A stretch of DNA of 64,000 bases from positions 201,399 to 265,398 of the forward strand of contig DAIDGV010000003.1 in assembly GCA_027452205.1 (NCBI GenBank), written 5' to 3'. Position 1 is the first letter of the stretch, and each line of letters opens with the position of its first letter. Both the position numbers and the translations under genes were made by a program. Positions 19,788 through 29,375 of the stretch are shown piece by piece. Origin of the DNA: a candidate division FCPU426 bacterium. GTDB lineage: Bacteria > Oederibacteriota > Muellerivitia > Muellerivitales > Muellerivitaceae. The notes below the pieces were generated by a model. That model ran no database searches, was not told where the DNA came from, and saw only the letters and a program-made list of their open reading frames with translations.

Positions 19788-21115
19788 CAAGCTTTACCGT
19801 TCATATCGCGATCAACGATCGCGCAGGTCAATTCGGCTTCCACTGCCACTTGTCCATCCACGATGGCCTTACCGGCGATCTTGCCGATCTTAGCCCGAAC
19901 AAAGACCACATCCACTTCAAAGCGGATCTGATCGCCGGGAACGATGGGCTTTCGGAAACGGGCATTGTCTACCCCGGCAAGGTATAGGATTTTGCCTTGA
20001 TTGATCGGATCGCTCAAAAAGGTAGTACCACCGACCTGGGCCATAGCCTCTAAAATAAGGACACCCGGCATGATGGGGTGTCCAGGAAAATGCCCTTGGA
20101 AAAAGGGTTCGTTGATCGTCACGTTCTTGATACCGACCACCCTTTTCCCCGGTTCCAGCTCCAGTATCCGATCCACCAACAAGAACGGATAACGATGTGG
20201 CAACATCCCTTGGATTTGGACGATATCGAACATGGCAGTACCTCTTATGGAATTATTTGGGCTTCCCTCATGACCGAATTTCTTGAGGATCGCCTTGGCC
20301 AACTCAACGTGATAACGGTGACCGGCCTTTTTCACAGTTATTTTTCCAAGCAACGGACGGTTCAACAGGGTCAGGTCGCCCAAAAGGTCCAACGTTTTAT
20401 GACGGACCACTTCATCTTCAAATCGAAAGGGACCGTTCATGATTCCCGTTTTACCGATCACCATGGCGCAATCGAGATTGCCGCCCTTGATAAGACCTTG
20501 TTTTCGCAAATATTCAATTTCTTCCTCGAAACAAAAGGTGCGGGCTGCGGAAAGATCCTTTTCAAAGGAGCCAGTCTCAAGTTTGAAGATCCGATTCTGG
20601 TTCTCCAAGCCGGGATAAGGGAAGGATGTGGTGACATGAAGTTCCAGTTGGTCTGAGGGTTCCGCCTTTAGGTAAACATCGCCAAAACTCAGCTCAATAG
20701 ATTCGGTAACACGGATGGGTTCGATCGTTCCTTTTTGTTCAACTAAGCCAGCTCTTTCGAACATATGGCAGAATTTGACAGCGCTGCCGTCGAGGATGGG
20801 CATTTCCTCGGCGCTCATCTCCACCTTGAGGTTATTGATCCCAAATCCTGAGACCGTGGCCAAGAAATGCTCAATGGTATGGATGCTGGCATTCTTTTCA
20901 CCGCTCAGGGTAGTGCCTCGAGCGGTGCCACTGACACTTTCCGGACTTACTGTGATCCGGGCATCGAGATCGCTGCGAAAGAATTGGATGCCCGAACCTT
21001 CTGGCAGTGGTGATACTTTGACTTTACAATTCACACCAGTATGGAGGCCCGCCCCTTCGAACTCAAAGGCTCGGGCGATCGTCCTAGGATTAATGGTATT
21101 CCCGTTACTTTTCAT
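19787..21115 (-). CDS. lpxC-fabZ: bifunctional LpxC deacetylase / FabZ dehydratase
   Basis: LpxC motifs GLHTG, TIEH and [10 protein letters not shown]; FabZ motifs [11 protein letters not shown] and [11 protein letters not shown]. Confidence 0.95.
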   Translation of the reverse strand: MKSNGNTINPRTIARAFEFEGAGLHTGVNCKVKVSPLPEGSGIQFFRSDLDARITVSPESVSGTARGTTLSGEKNASIHTIEHFLATVSGFGINNLKVEMSAEEMPILDGSAVKFCHMFERAGLVEQKGTIEPIRVTESIELSFGDVYLKAEPSDQLELHVTTSFPYPGLENQNRIFKLETGSFEKDLSAARTFCFEEEIEYLRKQGLIKGGNLDCAMVIGKTGIMNGPFRFEDEVVRHKTLDLLGDLTLLNRPLLGKITVKKAGHRYHVELAKAILKKFGHEGSPNNSIRGTAMFDIVQIQGMLPHRYPFLLVDRILELEPGKRVVGIKNVTINEPFFQGHFPGHPIMPGVLILEAMAQVGGTTFLSDPINQGKILYLAGVDNARFRKPIVPGDQIRFEVDVVFVRAKIGKIAGKAIVDGQVAVEAELTCAIVDRDMNGKA

Positions 21116-22148
21116 GGTCGTTCACGACCCTGATCTTTTCCAAGGCTTTTTCTAAAACCCTGATCCGTTTGATCAATTCTGGTAATTGGCGATAAGCTGC
21201 CACATTTTTCATTTCTTCGTTCATTTTGCACGAAGGCGAACCCCAATAAACGCCTTTTTCTAGGATGTCTTCCATGACGCCTGTGCGAGTCGCCAATGTT
21301 ACGTTATCACCGATCTTCAAGTGGCCGGCTAATCCAACCTGCCCACCCATGATCACGTTATTCCCCACTTGAGTGGAACCCGAAATACCTGTTAGAGCTG
21401 CCATTACGGTGTTTGAACCAATGACCACGTTGTGGCCGATCTGGATGAGGTTATCAAGCTTACTTCCCTTGCCAATGACCGTACTCCCTAAGACCGCGCG
21501 ATCCACGCAGACATTTGCACCCAGTTCCACATCATCTTCCAAGACAACATTACCCACTTGAGGGATCTTTTTATATTCTTCACCATCTTTGGCAAAACCA
21601 AAACCATCTGAACCCACCACAACTCCCGGCTGCAGGATGACTCGCTTGCCAAGAAAGCAATTTTCCCGAATGGTCACATTGGGATAAACGATACAGTCTT
21701 CGCCCACACGAACATTTTCACCTATGAAAACCCCTGGGTAAAGGACAGTCCGGGCACCGATTTGGGCGCCCTTAGAGATAACAACTCCTGCAGAAACGGA
21801 CGCCGTCAGATCCACCCGAGCACCCACTTCGACCCAAGCACCTGATTGGATGCCCTCAGGTCTTTTAGTTGGTGGATAAAAAAGGCCGATCACCTTCGCT
21901 AAAGCCGCATAAGGATTGGACGACAGCAAGAACGTCTTAGATATACCTGGCAATTCTTTGTCGGTCAGAATGACCGGAGACTTTGTTTGGGAAACAGACG
22001 AAGCATAACGGGAATTGGTGAGGAACGCCAGGTCGTTGGGGCCCGCTTTTTCCAAAGAGGAAACACCTGTTAAAACAATCGAAGCGTCACCCGTAAAGGT
22101 TGCACCTATTTCCCGGGCCAGTTGTTCCAAGGAAAAGGAATTAGGCAT
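21105..22148 (-). CDS. lpxD: UDP-3-O-acylglucosamine N-acyltransferase LpxD
   Basis: GSDGFGF, KIPQVG and [11 protein letters not shown]. Confidence 0.95.
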   Translation of the reverse strand: MPNSFSLEQLAREIGATFTGDASIVLTGVSSLEKAGPNDLAFLTNSRYASSVSQTKSPVILTDKELPGISKTFLLSSNPYAALAKVIGLFYPPTKRPEGIQSGAWVEVGARVDLTASVSAGVVISKGAQIGARTVLYPGVFIGENVRVGEDCIVYPNVTIRENCFLGKRVILQPGVVVGSDGFGFAKDGEEYKKIPQVGNVVLEDDVELGANVCVDRAVLGSTVIGKGSKLDNLIQIGHNVVIGSNTVMAALTGISGSTQVGNNVIMGGQVGLAGHLKIGDNVTLATRTGVMEDILEKGVYWGSPSCKMNEEMKNVAAYRQLPELIKRIRVLEKALEKIRVVNDHEK

Positions 22149-22172
22149 AGGTAACGCTTCTCTCGATCAGAA

Positions 22173-22682
22173 CTATTTGGAATCCGAATCCGAACTCTTG
22201 TACGACTTCAACACTTCGTCCGTCAAGTCGACCGCATCCTTGGCATAGACCGTCTTTTCAGCATCCAAGACCATATCCACACCATCGTTCTTGGCGATCT
22301 TGGCCACGATGCCCTTGATCTCTTCTAAAAGGGTCTTAGTCATTTCTTGCTCTTTAGCGGCCAAATCGTTCTGGACCTGGCTTTCTTCGTCTTGGAAAGC
22401 CTTGGCCTTGGTGGCGTACTCTTCTTGCTTAGCCTTCATTTCTTTTTTGGAAAGGACCGAACCCGAGTCTTTCAAGGACTTTTCAATATCCCGGATCTCA
22501 TCGGCTTCGTCGGTTAATTTTTGCTTCTTTTCGTCGGCCATCGCATTAAACTTTTTTTGGGCCTTTTTGGTACCGGGGTATTCCTTGAACAATTGTTGAA
22601 GATCAACGGTGGCAACCTTGAAATCCTTGGCCATTGCCACAGAAGCGACTAAAAAACAGCAAATCAAAGTGAAGAAACGCAT
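22173..22682 (-). CDS. skp: Skp/OmpH periplasmic chaperone
   Basis: Signal peptide, KVATVD, coiled coil, DLTDEVL; lies upstream of lpxD. Confidence 0.88.
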   Translation of the reverse strand: MRFFTLICCFLVASVAMAKDFKVATVDLQQLFKEYPGTKKAQKKFNAMADEKKQKLTDEADEIRDIEKSLKDSGSVLSKKEMKAKQEEYATKAKAFQDEESQVQNDLAAKEQEMTKTLLEEIKGIVAKIAKNDGVDMVLDAEKTVYAKDAVDLTDEVLKSYKSSDSDSK

Positions 22683-22748
22683 AACGGCTCCTTGTGAAAA
22701 ATAAGCGTGATTCTAGCATGCGATTATCGAAGATAACAATGAAAGCTT

Positions 22749-22781
22749 AAAAAAAGCCCAACAACAAGGGTTGTTAGGCTT
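22749..22781 (-). terminator. intrinsic terminator
   Basis: Minus strand AAGCCTAACAAC-CCTT-GTTGTTGGGCTT followed by TTTTT. Confidence 0.8.
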
Positions 22782-22826
22782 GGAAGCATCACCTGAATTG
22801 AACGGTTAAATCTCGAAAAATTCGTT

Positions 22827-23885
22827 CTAGAGGAACAGCAATACCACCGTGACCACGGCCGTAGCGCCAACCGCCAGTATCTTCACTGCAGAAGAAGGCT
22901 TTTTCTTTTGGGCCTCCACATTGCTGATCTTCATAGCATCAAAAGGACGACCATAACTCCACAACTCTTCTTCCTCGATCTTGGGCTTTTCTTGGGCCTG
23001 AAGACTTGCAGAACTACTAGGCGCAACGGCCATCGGCTGTTGCATGGTCCCCATGGGCTGCTGGGCCGTCTGCATACCGACAAACGGCATAAAGGAAACA
23101 CGCCCCAATTGAGGGCTGTAAGCGCCATCGTAAATGGTTCGAAGGATCTGTTGGGCATCAACCATACGGAAATCGTTATTGGGACTGGACAAACTTTTTG
23201 CGGAATAGTTAACGATATTATATTTTAAATTGCTGTAAATACGGTTTCCCGAGATGTTGGGAGTTCCAAAGTCCTTTAAATAAAAACCATAATTATTGTT
23301 ATAGATATCGTTGCCAGTGATGATCGGGCTGGCGGTATCAGCCAATAAGATGATACCAATACCGTTGGCCGTGATACGGTTGCCCGTGATTTGCGGTTGA
23401 GAATTCAGGGCCACTTCAATGCCGCTCTTAGCGCCAAAGATCGCCGACTGGGAAATGACTGGCGACGAGGAATTACACACAATGCGTCCACCCTTGATCA
23501 AACAAGCTTGCAATAAACAGTTTGGTGAATCAGCGTTGTAAAAATAAATAGCACCCCATAAGGATCCGGCGACCCCCGGGTTGAACTGGATCGGGTCAAT
23601 AGGGGTTCCAACTGCCTTGATACCACCTTGGATGACCAAATTCGGGCCAGCTCCGACCGCACCATTATCTGGAGCGACAAAGCGGACTTCCACGCCGGGT
23701 GCGATGGTCAAGATGGCACCTTTTGAAACAACGATGTCATTTTGAAGAATATAAGGGCTGTTCTCTTTTGTCCAACTGGTCGAGGTCGAAATAGCGTCTT
23801 TTACATAAGTCGGACCTGCGGCACGGGCCTGGAATGACATAGAAAAAAAACAGAGGCACACCAAAAAAACATTTAAGAATTTCAT
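22827..23885 (-). CDS. secreted right-handed parallel beta-helix protein with hydrophobic C-terminal tail
   Basis: WTKENSPY...GAILTIAPGVEVRF; repeated PxIxGNxIxxN; signal peptide. Confidence 0.75.
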   Translation of the reverse strand: MKFLNVFLVCLCFFSMSFQARAAGPTYVKDAISTSTSWTKENSPYILQNDIVVSKGAILTIAPGVEVRFVAPDNGAVGAGPNLVIQGGIKAVGTPIDPIQFNPGVAGSLWGAIYFYNADSPNCLLQACLIKGGRIVCNSSSPVISQSAIFGAKSGIEVALNSQPQITGNRITANGIGIILLADTASPIITGNDIYNNNYGFYLKDFGTPNISGNRIYSNLKYNIVNYSAKSLSSPNNDFRMVDAQQILRTIYDGAYSPQLGRVSFMPFVGMQTAQQPMGTMQQPMAVAPSSSASLQAQEKPKIEEEELWSYGRPFDAMKISNVEAQKKKPSSAVKILAVGATAVVTVVLLFL

Positions 23886-24067
23886 TAAAAATGGCCTCGA
23901 AACGTTCAAATGTGTGAAAGCGAAAGTAGTCTAACAAAAGCCTTATTTATTTAAAAGTTTAAATTAACAAGGTTTCAAATTGGACCTATTGGGAGGTAAA
24001 TCGATTACTGTTGACCGGGCTCGAAATCATGAATAACACTGCAAAAGAACAAAACAAACCCAAACCA

Positions 24068-24538
24068 TTAGCCTTGAATGGCACTTGTCGAAGGAAGAAA
24101 TTCCACTCCTTTATCAAAATTCAAAAGAGAGATTATCCGTCCTTGTATATGGGCGACCCCAGTAATGAATCCGGCCCTGGGGTCGTTAGGATCAACTTTA
24201 GAGGGTTTTAAACAATTTACCTGAACATGCAACACTTGACGAATGGCATCCACCAACAACCCAACCATCCCGCCTTCACCCATGGCCGTGACCAAAATGG
24301 CACCTGTTCCTTTCCCCTCGTTTTTCCCTATACCAAAATGACAACGAAGGTCCAAAATTGACATCTTCTGGTTGCGCAGCTTAATCACGCCTTTCAAACA
24401 AGGGTTTTCAGCTTCAGTTTCGACGATGCCATCCGGACCCAATATCTCATGTACCCGATCGAATGCGATCCCATACTCCTCACGCCCCAAGGCAAAAGTA
24501 ATATAGGGCCCCGCCATATGATTCATTTCAGCGCTCAT
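24068..24538 (-). CDS. cheW: CheW-like protein
   Basis: YITFALGREEYGI...VHEI, GVIKLR, LDLR and VGLLVD. Confidence 0.8.
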   Translation of the reverse strand: MSAEMNHMAGPYITFALGREEYGIAFDRVHEILGPDGIVETEAENPCLKGVIKLRNQKMSILDLRCHFGIGKNEGKGTGAILVTAMGEGGMVGLLVDAIRQVLHVQVNCLKPSKVDPNDPRAGFITGVAHIQGRIISLLNFDKGVEFLPSTSAIQG

Positions 24539-25023
24539 TCAGGCTCCTGCTCTATCCATAAACGAACCTCAACCGGCCAATTTTCGACAATGAAAGCACA
24601 GCAAGCGGTCGGTTCCTTATCGGGCCAATTTCGGGGTGTCGTGAACCTGGGCAGTTCCATTTTTAACAAACCCCAATTATTGCCCCAAAGATATGCCATC
24701 AAACGACCACTGAAGACATCGACAAATTCCTTGAAAACCTCGATCTCCGCGGATCTTAAGGCTTTCTTACCACCAACTTTTAACATCAATACTTTTGCGA
24801 CATCCGGAGTTGTTCGAACGTTCAAGAACCCCGTCGCATGACCCGAAAAACGAACCGAAAATTCCAATGGAAGCGGTGCCGGACCTTCTACCGGAACTCC
24901 GATATAGCGAGACGGAAGGTGCGCCCAAGATTCCATTACCGCAGTAACACCTTGCAAAATGGCATTCACTTCAATCTTGGGAAAATCACCGTATTCTTGT
25001 GGCGGTATGAAATAGGAAGGCAT
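24535..25023 (-). CDS. CheX-like protein (divergent)
   Basis: VRFSGHATG, KEFVDVFSG and LP pattern resembling CheX; coupled to cheW. Confidence 0.55.
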   Translation of the reverse strand: MPSYFIPPQEYGDFPKIEVNAILQGVTAVMESWAHLPSRYIGVPVEGPAPLPLEFSVRFSGHATGFLNVRTTPDVAKVLMLKVGGKKALRSAEIEVFKEFVDVFSGRLMAYLWGNNWGLLKMELPRFTTPRNWPDKEPTACCAFIVENWPVEVRLWIEQEPE

Positions 25024-25064
25024 CGGGCACCTGTCGGACCGGAATATGGATTACCATGGTCAAA

Positions 25065-25081
25065 CGCAAAGGCTGTGCCAA
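25065..25081 (-). promoter_or_regulatory. sigma54 (-24/-12) promoter
   Basis: Minus strand TTGGCAC-AGCCT-TTGCG matches TGGCAC-N5-TTGC. Confidence 0.85.
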
Positions 25082-25140
25082 AATGAAAATTGTTTATATT
25101 TAATGAATCGGTAGATTTTTATAGGTCTCGCGCAGAGAAG

Positions 25141-25179
25141 TGTTCAACTATTGGACAAAGAGCGTTCAATAATTGGACG
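25141..25179. promoter_or_regulatory. tandem imperfect palindromes, putative enhancer-binding-protein UAS
   Basis: TGTTCAA-CTA-TTGGACA (25141-25157) and CGTTCAA-TAA-TTGGACG (25163-25179), 22-bp period. Confidence 0.7.
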
Positions 25180-25187
25180 TTCGACTT

Positions 25188-26540
25188 TTATCCCAGTCGG
25201 TATTTTTTGATCTTGCTCAGGAGTGTCGTGCGGCTTACGCCAAGATGTTCCGCAACTTTGGTTTTGTGTCCATTAAATGCCAACAAAGCTTTTTGGATAT
25301 TCTCCTTTTCCGCTTCGTCCCGACTCATGGGTTCAACAGAGGTCTTTCCTATCCCAGTCCTGACAGGGTTCGAGCGCACCGGAGCTGAGGGAAAATCTCC
25401 CGGAACTAATGCTTCAACACGGCAGGTCAAAACCGCACGTTCCATGGCATTCTTCAATTCTCTGACATTTCCTGGCCAAGCATAGTTTTTCAGGGCGGCG
25501 ATCACTTCCGTGGAAAGGGGCCGCAGTTTTTTGTTGAAGTCCTTGCAGAAATCATTGAAAAAGAACCGCGCCAAGCTTTCAATGTCTTCAGGTCGCGATT
25601 TAAGTGGGGGTAAAATGATATTCACGACATTCAGGCGGTAAAAAAGGTCCGCGCGAAAGGTGCCAGCTTCGACCGCCTGCTTCAAATCTCGATTGGTCGC
25701 CGCGATGATCCGGACATCGATCTTACTTTCTTGCAAACCTCCCAATCGGCGAATGGCTTTCTGTTCCAAAACCTTCAAAAGCTTCGTTTGTGCTGAAAGA
25801 GGCATCTCCCCGATCTCGTCCAGAAACACCGTTCCTCCATTAGCGACTTCAAAAAGTCCCGGCTTAGCCCTTCGAGCGTCAGTGAAGGCTCCCGCTTCAT
25901 AGCCGAACAGTTCAGCTTCTAAAAGATTTTCTGGCATCGCGCCACAGTGCAACTCCACGAAAGGCGCCGCCGTTCGGGCCGAAAGCACATGGATCAACTT
26001 TGCCACATGCTCTTTGCCCGTCCCCGTTTCGCCAGCTATCATAACGGTTACGGATGATTGCTGAGCGACTTGCTCGATCTGTTCATAAACCTTCTGCATG
26101 GTCGGATCCGGCAGGAAGAGATAATCCTTTTGGTACATGGCCTTTTGATGGCTCTTCATCGCCTCCAGGTCCCTACGCAATCCCCTTTTTTCGTTGAGTT
26201 TGTTCAAGACGATTTCTAGCTCATCCAGATTGAGCGGTTTAGCTAAGTAGTCCTCCGCTCCCCGTTTAATGGCCTCGACCGCCACTTTGACGTCCACATT
26301 GGCCGTGATTAAGACCACCGAAGCTTCCATTTTCATCTCTTGGAATTTTCTGAAAAAGTCCAAGCCTGTTCCATCCGGTAGATGGACATCAAGCAATATC
26401 GTGTCCGGATTGAACTCATTGGCTTTTTTCAATCCCTCGGCAACTGTAGCCGCCGAATCTACTTCGTACTTCAACTCTTGAAGAAAGGACAACAACATAT
26501 CCCGAATCGGTTTTTCGTCATCAACCAATAGAACTTTCAC
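25188..26540 (-). CDS. sigma54-dependent NtrC-family response regulator
   Basis: Receiver domain, GETGTGKE, GAFTDA, FLDEIGE, WPGNVRELKN and Fis-type HTH. Confidence 0.95.
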   Translation of the reverse strand: MKVLLVDDEKPIRDMLLSFLQELKYEVDSAATVAEGLKKANEFNPDTILLDVHLPDGTGLDFFRKFQEMKMEASVVLITANVDVKVAVEAIKRGAEDYLAKPLNLDELEIVLNKLNEKRGLRRDLEAMKSHQKAMYQKDYLFLPDPTMQKVYEQIEQVAQQSSVTVMIAGETGTGKEHVAKLIHVLSARTAAPFVELHCGAMPENLLEAELFGYEAGAFTDARRAKPGLFEVANGGTVFLDEIGEMPLSAQTKLLKVLEQKAIRRLGGLQESKIDVRIIAATNRDLKQAVEAGTFRADLFYRLNVVNIILPPLKSRPEDIESLARFFFNDFCKDFNKKLRPLSTEVIAALKNYAWPGNVRELKNAMERAVLTCRVEALVPGDFPSAPVRSNPVRTGIGKTSVEPMSRDEAEKENIQKALLAFNGHKTKVAEHLGVSRTTLLSKIKKYRLG

Positions 26541-26541
26541 G

Positions 26542-29280
26542 TTAATCTCCTTCCAAAACGGGTAAGGACACGATGAATTCAGTCCCTTTCGAACGCATCT
26601 TTTTCAATTCGATCTTTCCCCCATATTCCTGAGCGATACGCTGACTGACGGCCAAACCCAGGCCAGACCCTGTTTTTTTTGTGGTAAAGAAAGGCTCAAA
26701 AATCCTTTTCACATTCTCATCCGTTATCCCAGGACCATTATCCTCGACGCTAACTTTTATAAAGGTCCCTTCCCGTTTCAACGCCAACTTTATCTTGTTT
26801 CCCTCGCCCAACGCCTGATAAGCGTTCAGGATCAAATTTACGAATATTTGTTGCAAACGTCCCAATTCTGCGTTTACCTGAAAATCTTCCTTCGGGGCAT
26901 TCCAATCGACCAGGATCTTCTGATGGGAAGGCCCAAACTGAACTTGGCTCAAGCGTAGCGCACTTTCTAGTGCGGCTCTCACCGAGACCGGCCCCACGTT
27001 CAGGACGGCATCCGGCTTAGCGAAGATCAAAGTATCCCGGACCAGTTTTTCAAGCCGGTCCGATTGTTCCAAGATCGTCTCCAATTGCCCATGATCTTCT
27101 TTAGGTTTTTTTCGTTTGAGTATCTGAGCCGCCACCGAGATGGCCGCCAATGGATTGCGTATCTCGTGGGCCATGCCCGCAGACATTTCTCCAATGGTCG
27201 AGAGCCTTTCCATTCGGATCAGGCTTTCTTCGGTCTTTTTCCGCTCCGTCAGGTCGCGGGCAACAACAGCCACCATTGGTAAGCCTTCGTAATGGATAAA
27301 AAAACTGACCACTTCAGCATAGACCTGTTCTCCATCTCTGCGGATAAAGACCTTTTCTTGAGGTGGATTATAATCGCCATGGTCCTTCAATTTACCGATC
27401 CTTTCGAGGATTACCGGCAGGTCCTTTTCACGAATGAACTCATTCGGTTTGAGACCCATTAGTTCTTCTGCTTTGGAATAACCCAAAAAACGAAGCATCG
27501 AATCATTGACATAGACCATTTTAGACGGCCTATCCATCGTGTGAATGATCACGCCATCGGGTGATTTTTCGATCAAATTCCGGAAATTCCTCTCGGACTG
27601 CCTCAGCGCTTCTTCGGCTTTTTTTCGCTCCGTCAGGTCGCGAGCGACCGCCACAGTCACAGGAACTCCCTCGAAGTAGATCATGAAACTAGCCACGTCA
27701 ACATACAATATGGCGCCATCTTTTCGAATAAACCGTTTTTCCTGCGGGGGATTGTAGTCGCCTGGATTTTTTAATTGTTTGATCCGCTCATGAACCGTTG
27801 CTTTATCTTCAGGATGGACAAAAAGAGTCGGAAACCTTCCAACCAACTCCCCGGGTTCGGAATAACCAAGCAAGTTGAGCATCGCATGATTAACATAGAC
27901 TGTCTTTTCAGGGGTATGAATCAAAATCGCATCCGGGGATCTTTCGATCAAATTGCGAAAACTGTGTTCGGACTTCCGCAGGGCTTCTTCGATCTTTTTT
28001 CGCGCGGTCAAATCCCAGAAATTGGTGATCCTAAGGATCTTTCCATTCATAATCAATTCAGCCCCGGTCGCTTCGATCGGAACAATCGAGCCGTTAGGGC
28101 GGATCACATTCAACTCGATCGCCTTCCCAAATTCACCCGTTCGAAGAAGGTCCAAAACGATGTTTTTAGAGTTTTCATCCAAATAATCCGCCGCGTTTTT
28201 TCCAACCATATCTTCCGGTTTATATCCCATCAATTCGGCGCCAGCTTTGTTCACATCAACGATGACACCATTATCATGAATAACGATACCTTCTTTCGAG
28301 ACCTCAGAAAACCGTTTGAACCGTTCTTGGCTTTCAATGATGGCTTGCTCCATTTTTTTCCGCTCTGTAATATCCCAGAGACTCACCACTCGAAGCTCTC
28401 TTCCCGAAAAGTTAAAATTGGTCCCATGTGCCTCTACCGGCAACCAATCGCCATTCTTCCGTTTCACTTTGATTTCGTAAGGCTTATCGGTATATCCTTC
28501 AAGCCTGAACTTTCGAACCAATTCCAGGGACTGGGCGTCAATGAATTCGTCCGATTTTTTTCCGATAAGATCCGACCTAGAATATCCGGTCATATCCGAA
28601 AGCGCTTGATTGAAATCGATGATCGCTCCCTTGTCGTGGATCAAGATGCCTTCCCTCGTGACCTCCGCGAATCTTTCGAATCTTTCCCGGCTTTCTTTTA
28701 AAGCCTTTTCTATTTTCTTTCGTTCGGTCAAGTCCCATATCTTGACCAACCGCATGGTCTTGCCGTGCCACAAAGTATCCATCCCGTGGGTTTCAGCCGA
28801 AACCAAAGTTCCATTAGCATGCTTTAACGTGATCTCAAAGGTCTGCATCGGTATCTCGCCCGATCGGATCTTTTTGATGAACTCCGCTGACTTGTCATCC
28901 ACAAAGAAAAGACTGTCTCTCCCGACGAAGTCCCTTGTTTCAAGCCCCACCATTTCCGCAAGCGCTTGGTTCACCTCCACGATCACGCCCCTATCATGGA
29001 TCAAAAGACCTTCGCGAGTGGCGTCCGCGAATTTTTTGTACCGTTCCTGACTTTCCAGCAATTGCGCTTCTCGTCTATAAAGATGTTGCATCTTGACTCT
29101 ATAATAAATGCCGAAAACCCACCCCTCTATCGCGACCAGTGTTTCCAAAAGGTATAAATAGAGATCACGGCTGGTATGAATGTAGGAACCTAAAAGACAA
29201 ATTAGAAAAACGACACTCAGAATAATATTGAGGATCATTAAAAGATCGCGGCGAGTGATCGGCTGGATGTGTTCTTTCAT
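26542..29280 (-). CDS. membrane sensor histidine kinase with five PAS domains
   Basis: Two TM helices; five PAS-PAC units ending D(L/I)T(E/A)RK; AHEIRNPL, QQIFVNL, DNGPG and GSGLGL. Confidence 0.93.
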   Translation of the reverse strand: MKEHIQPITRRDLLMILNIILSVVFLICLLGSYIHTSRDLYLYLLETLVAIEGWVFGIYYRVKMQHLYRREAQLLESQERYKKFADATREGLLIHDRGVIVEVNQALAEMVGLETRDFVGRDSLFFVDDKSAEFIKKIRSGEIPMQTFEITLKHANGTLVSAETHGMDTLWHGKTMRLVKIWDLTERKKIEKALKESRERFERFAEVTREGILIHDKGAIIDFNQALSDMTGYSRSDLIGKKSDEFIDAQSLELVRKFRLEGYTDKPYEIKVKRKNGDWLPVEAHGTNFNFSGRELRVVSLWDITERKKMEQAIIESQERFKRFSEVSKEGIVIHDNGVIVDVNKAGAELMGYKPEDMVGKNAADYLDENSKNIVLDLLRTGEFGKAIELNVIRPNGSIVPIEATGAELIMNGKILRITNFWDLTARKKIEEALRKSEHSFRNLIERSPDAILIHTPEKTVYVNHAMLNLLGYSEPGELVGRFPTLFVHPEDKATVHERIKQLKNPGDYNPPQEKRFIRKDGAILYVDVASFMIYFEGVPVTVAVARDLTERKKAEEALRQSERNFRNLIEKSPDGVIIHTMDRPSKMVYVNDSMLRFLGYSKAEELMGLKPNEFIREKDLPVILERIGKLKDHGDYNPPQEKVFIRRDGEQVYAEVVSFFIHYEGLPMVAVVARDLTERKKTEESLIRMERLSTIGEMSAGMAHEIRNPLAAISVAAQILKRKKPKEDHGQLETILEQSDRLEKLVRDTLIFAKPDAVLNVGPVSVRAALESALRLSQVQFGPSHQKILVDWNAPKEDFQVNAELGRLQQIFVNLILNAYQALGEGNKIKLALKREGTFIKVSVEDNGPGITDENVKRIFEPFFTTKKTGSGLGLAVSQRIAQEYGGKIELKKMRSKGTEFIVSLPVLEGD

Positions 29281-29375
29281 ACGATGACTAGCATATCTAA
29301 ATTGGGTCGAAATGGGTATTCAGGCATCGGCCACAAACCATTAGTTTAAAACGGTTTTGTCCCGGCCAGACATCT

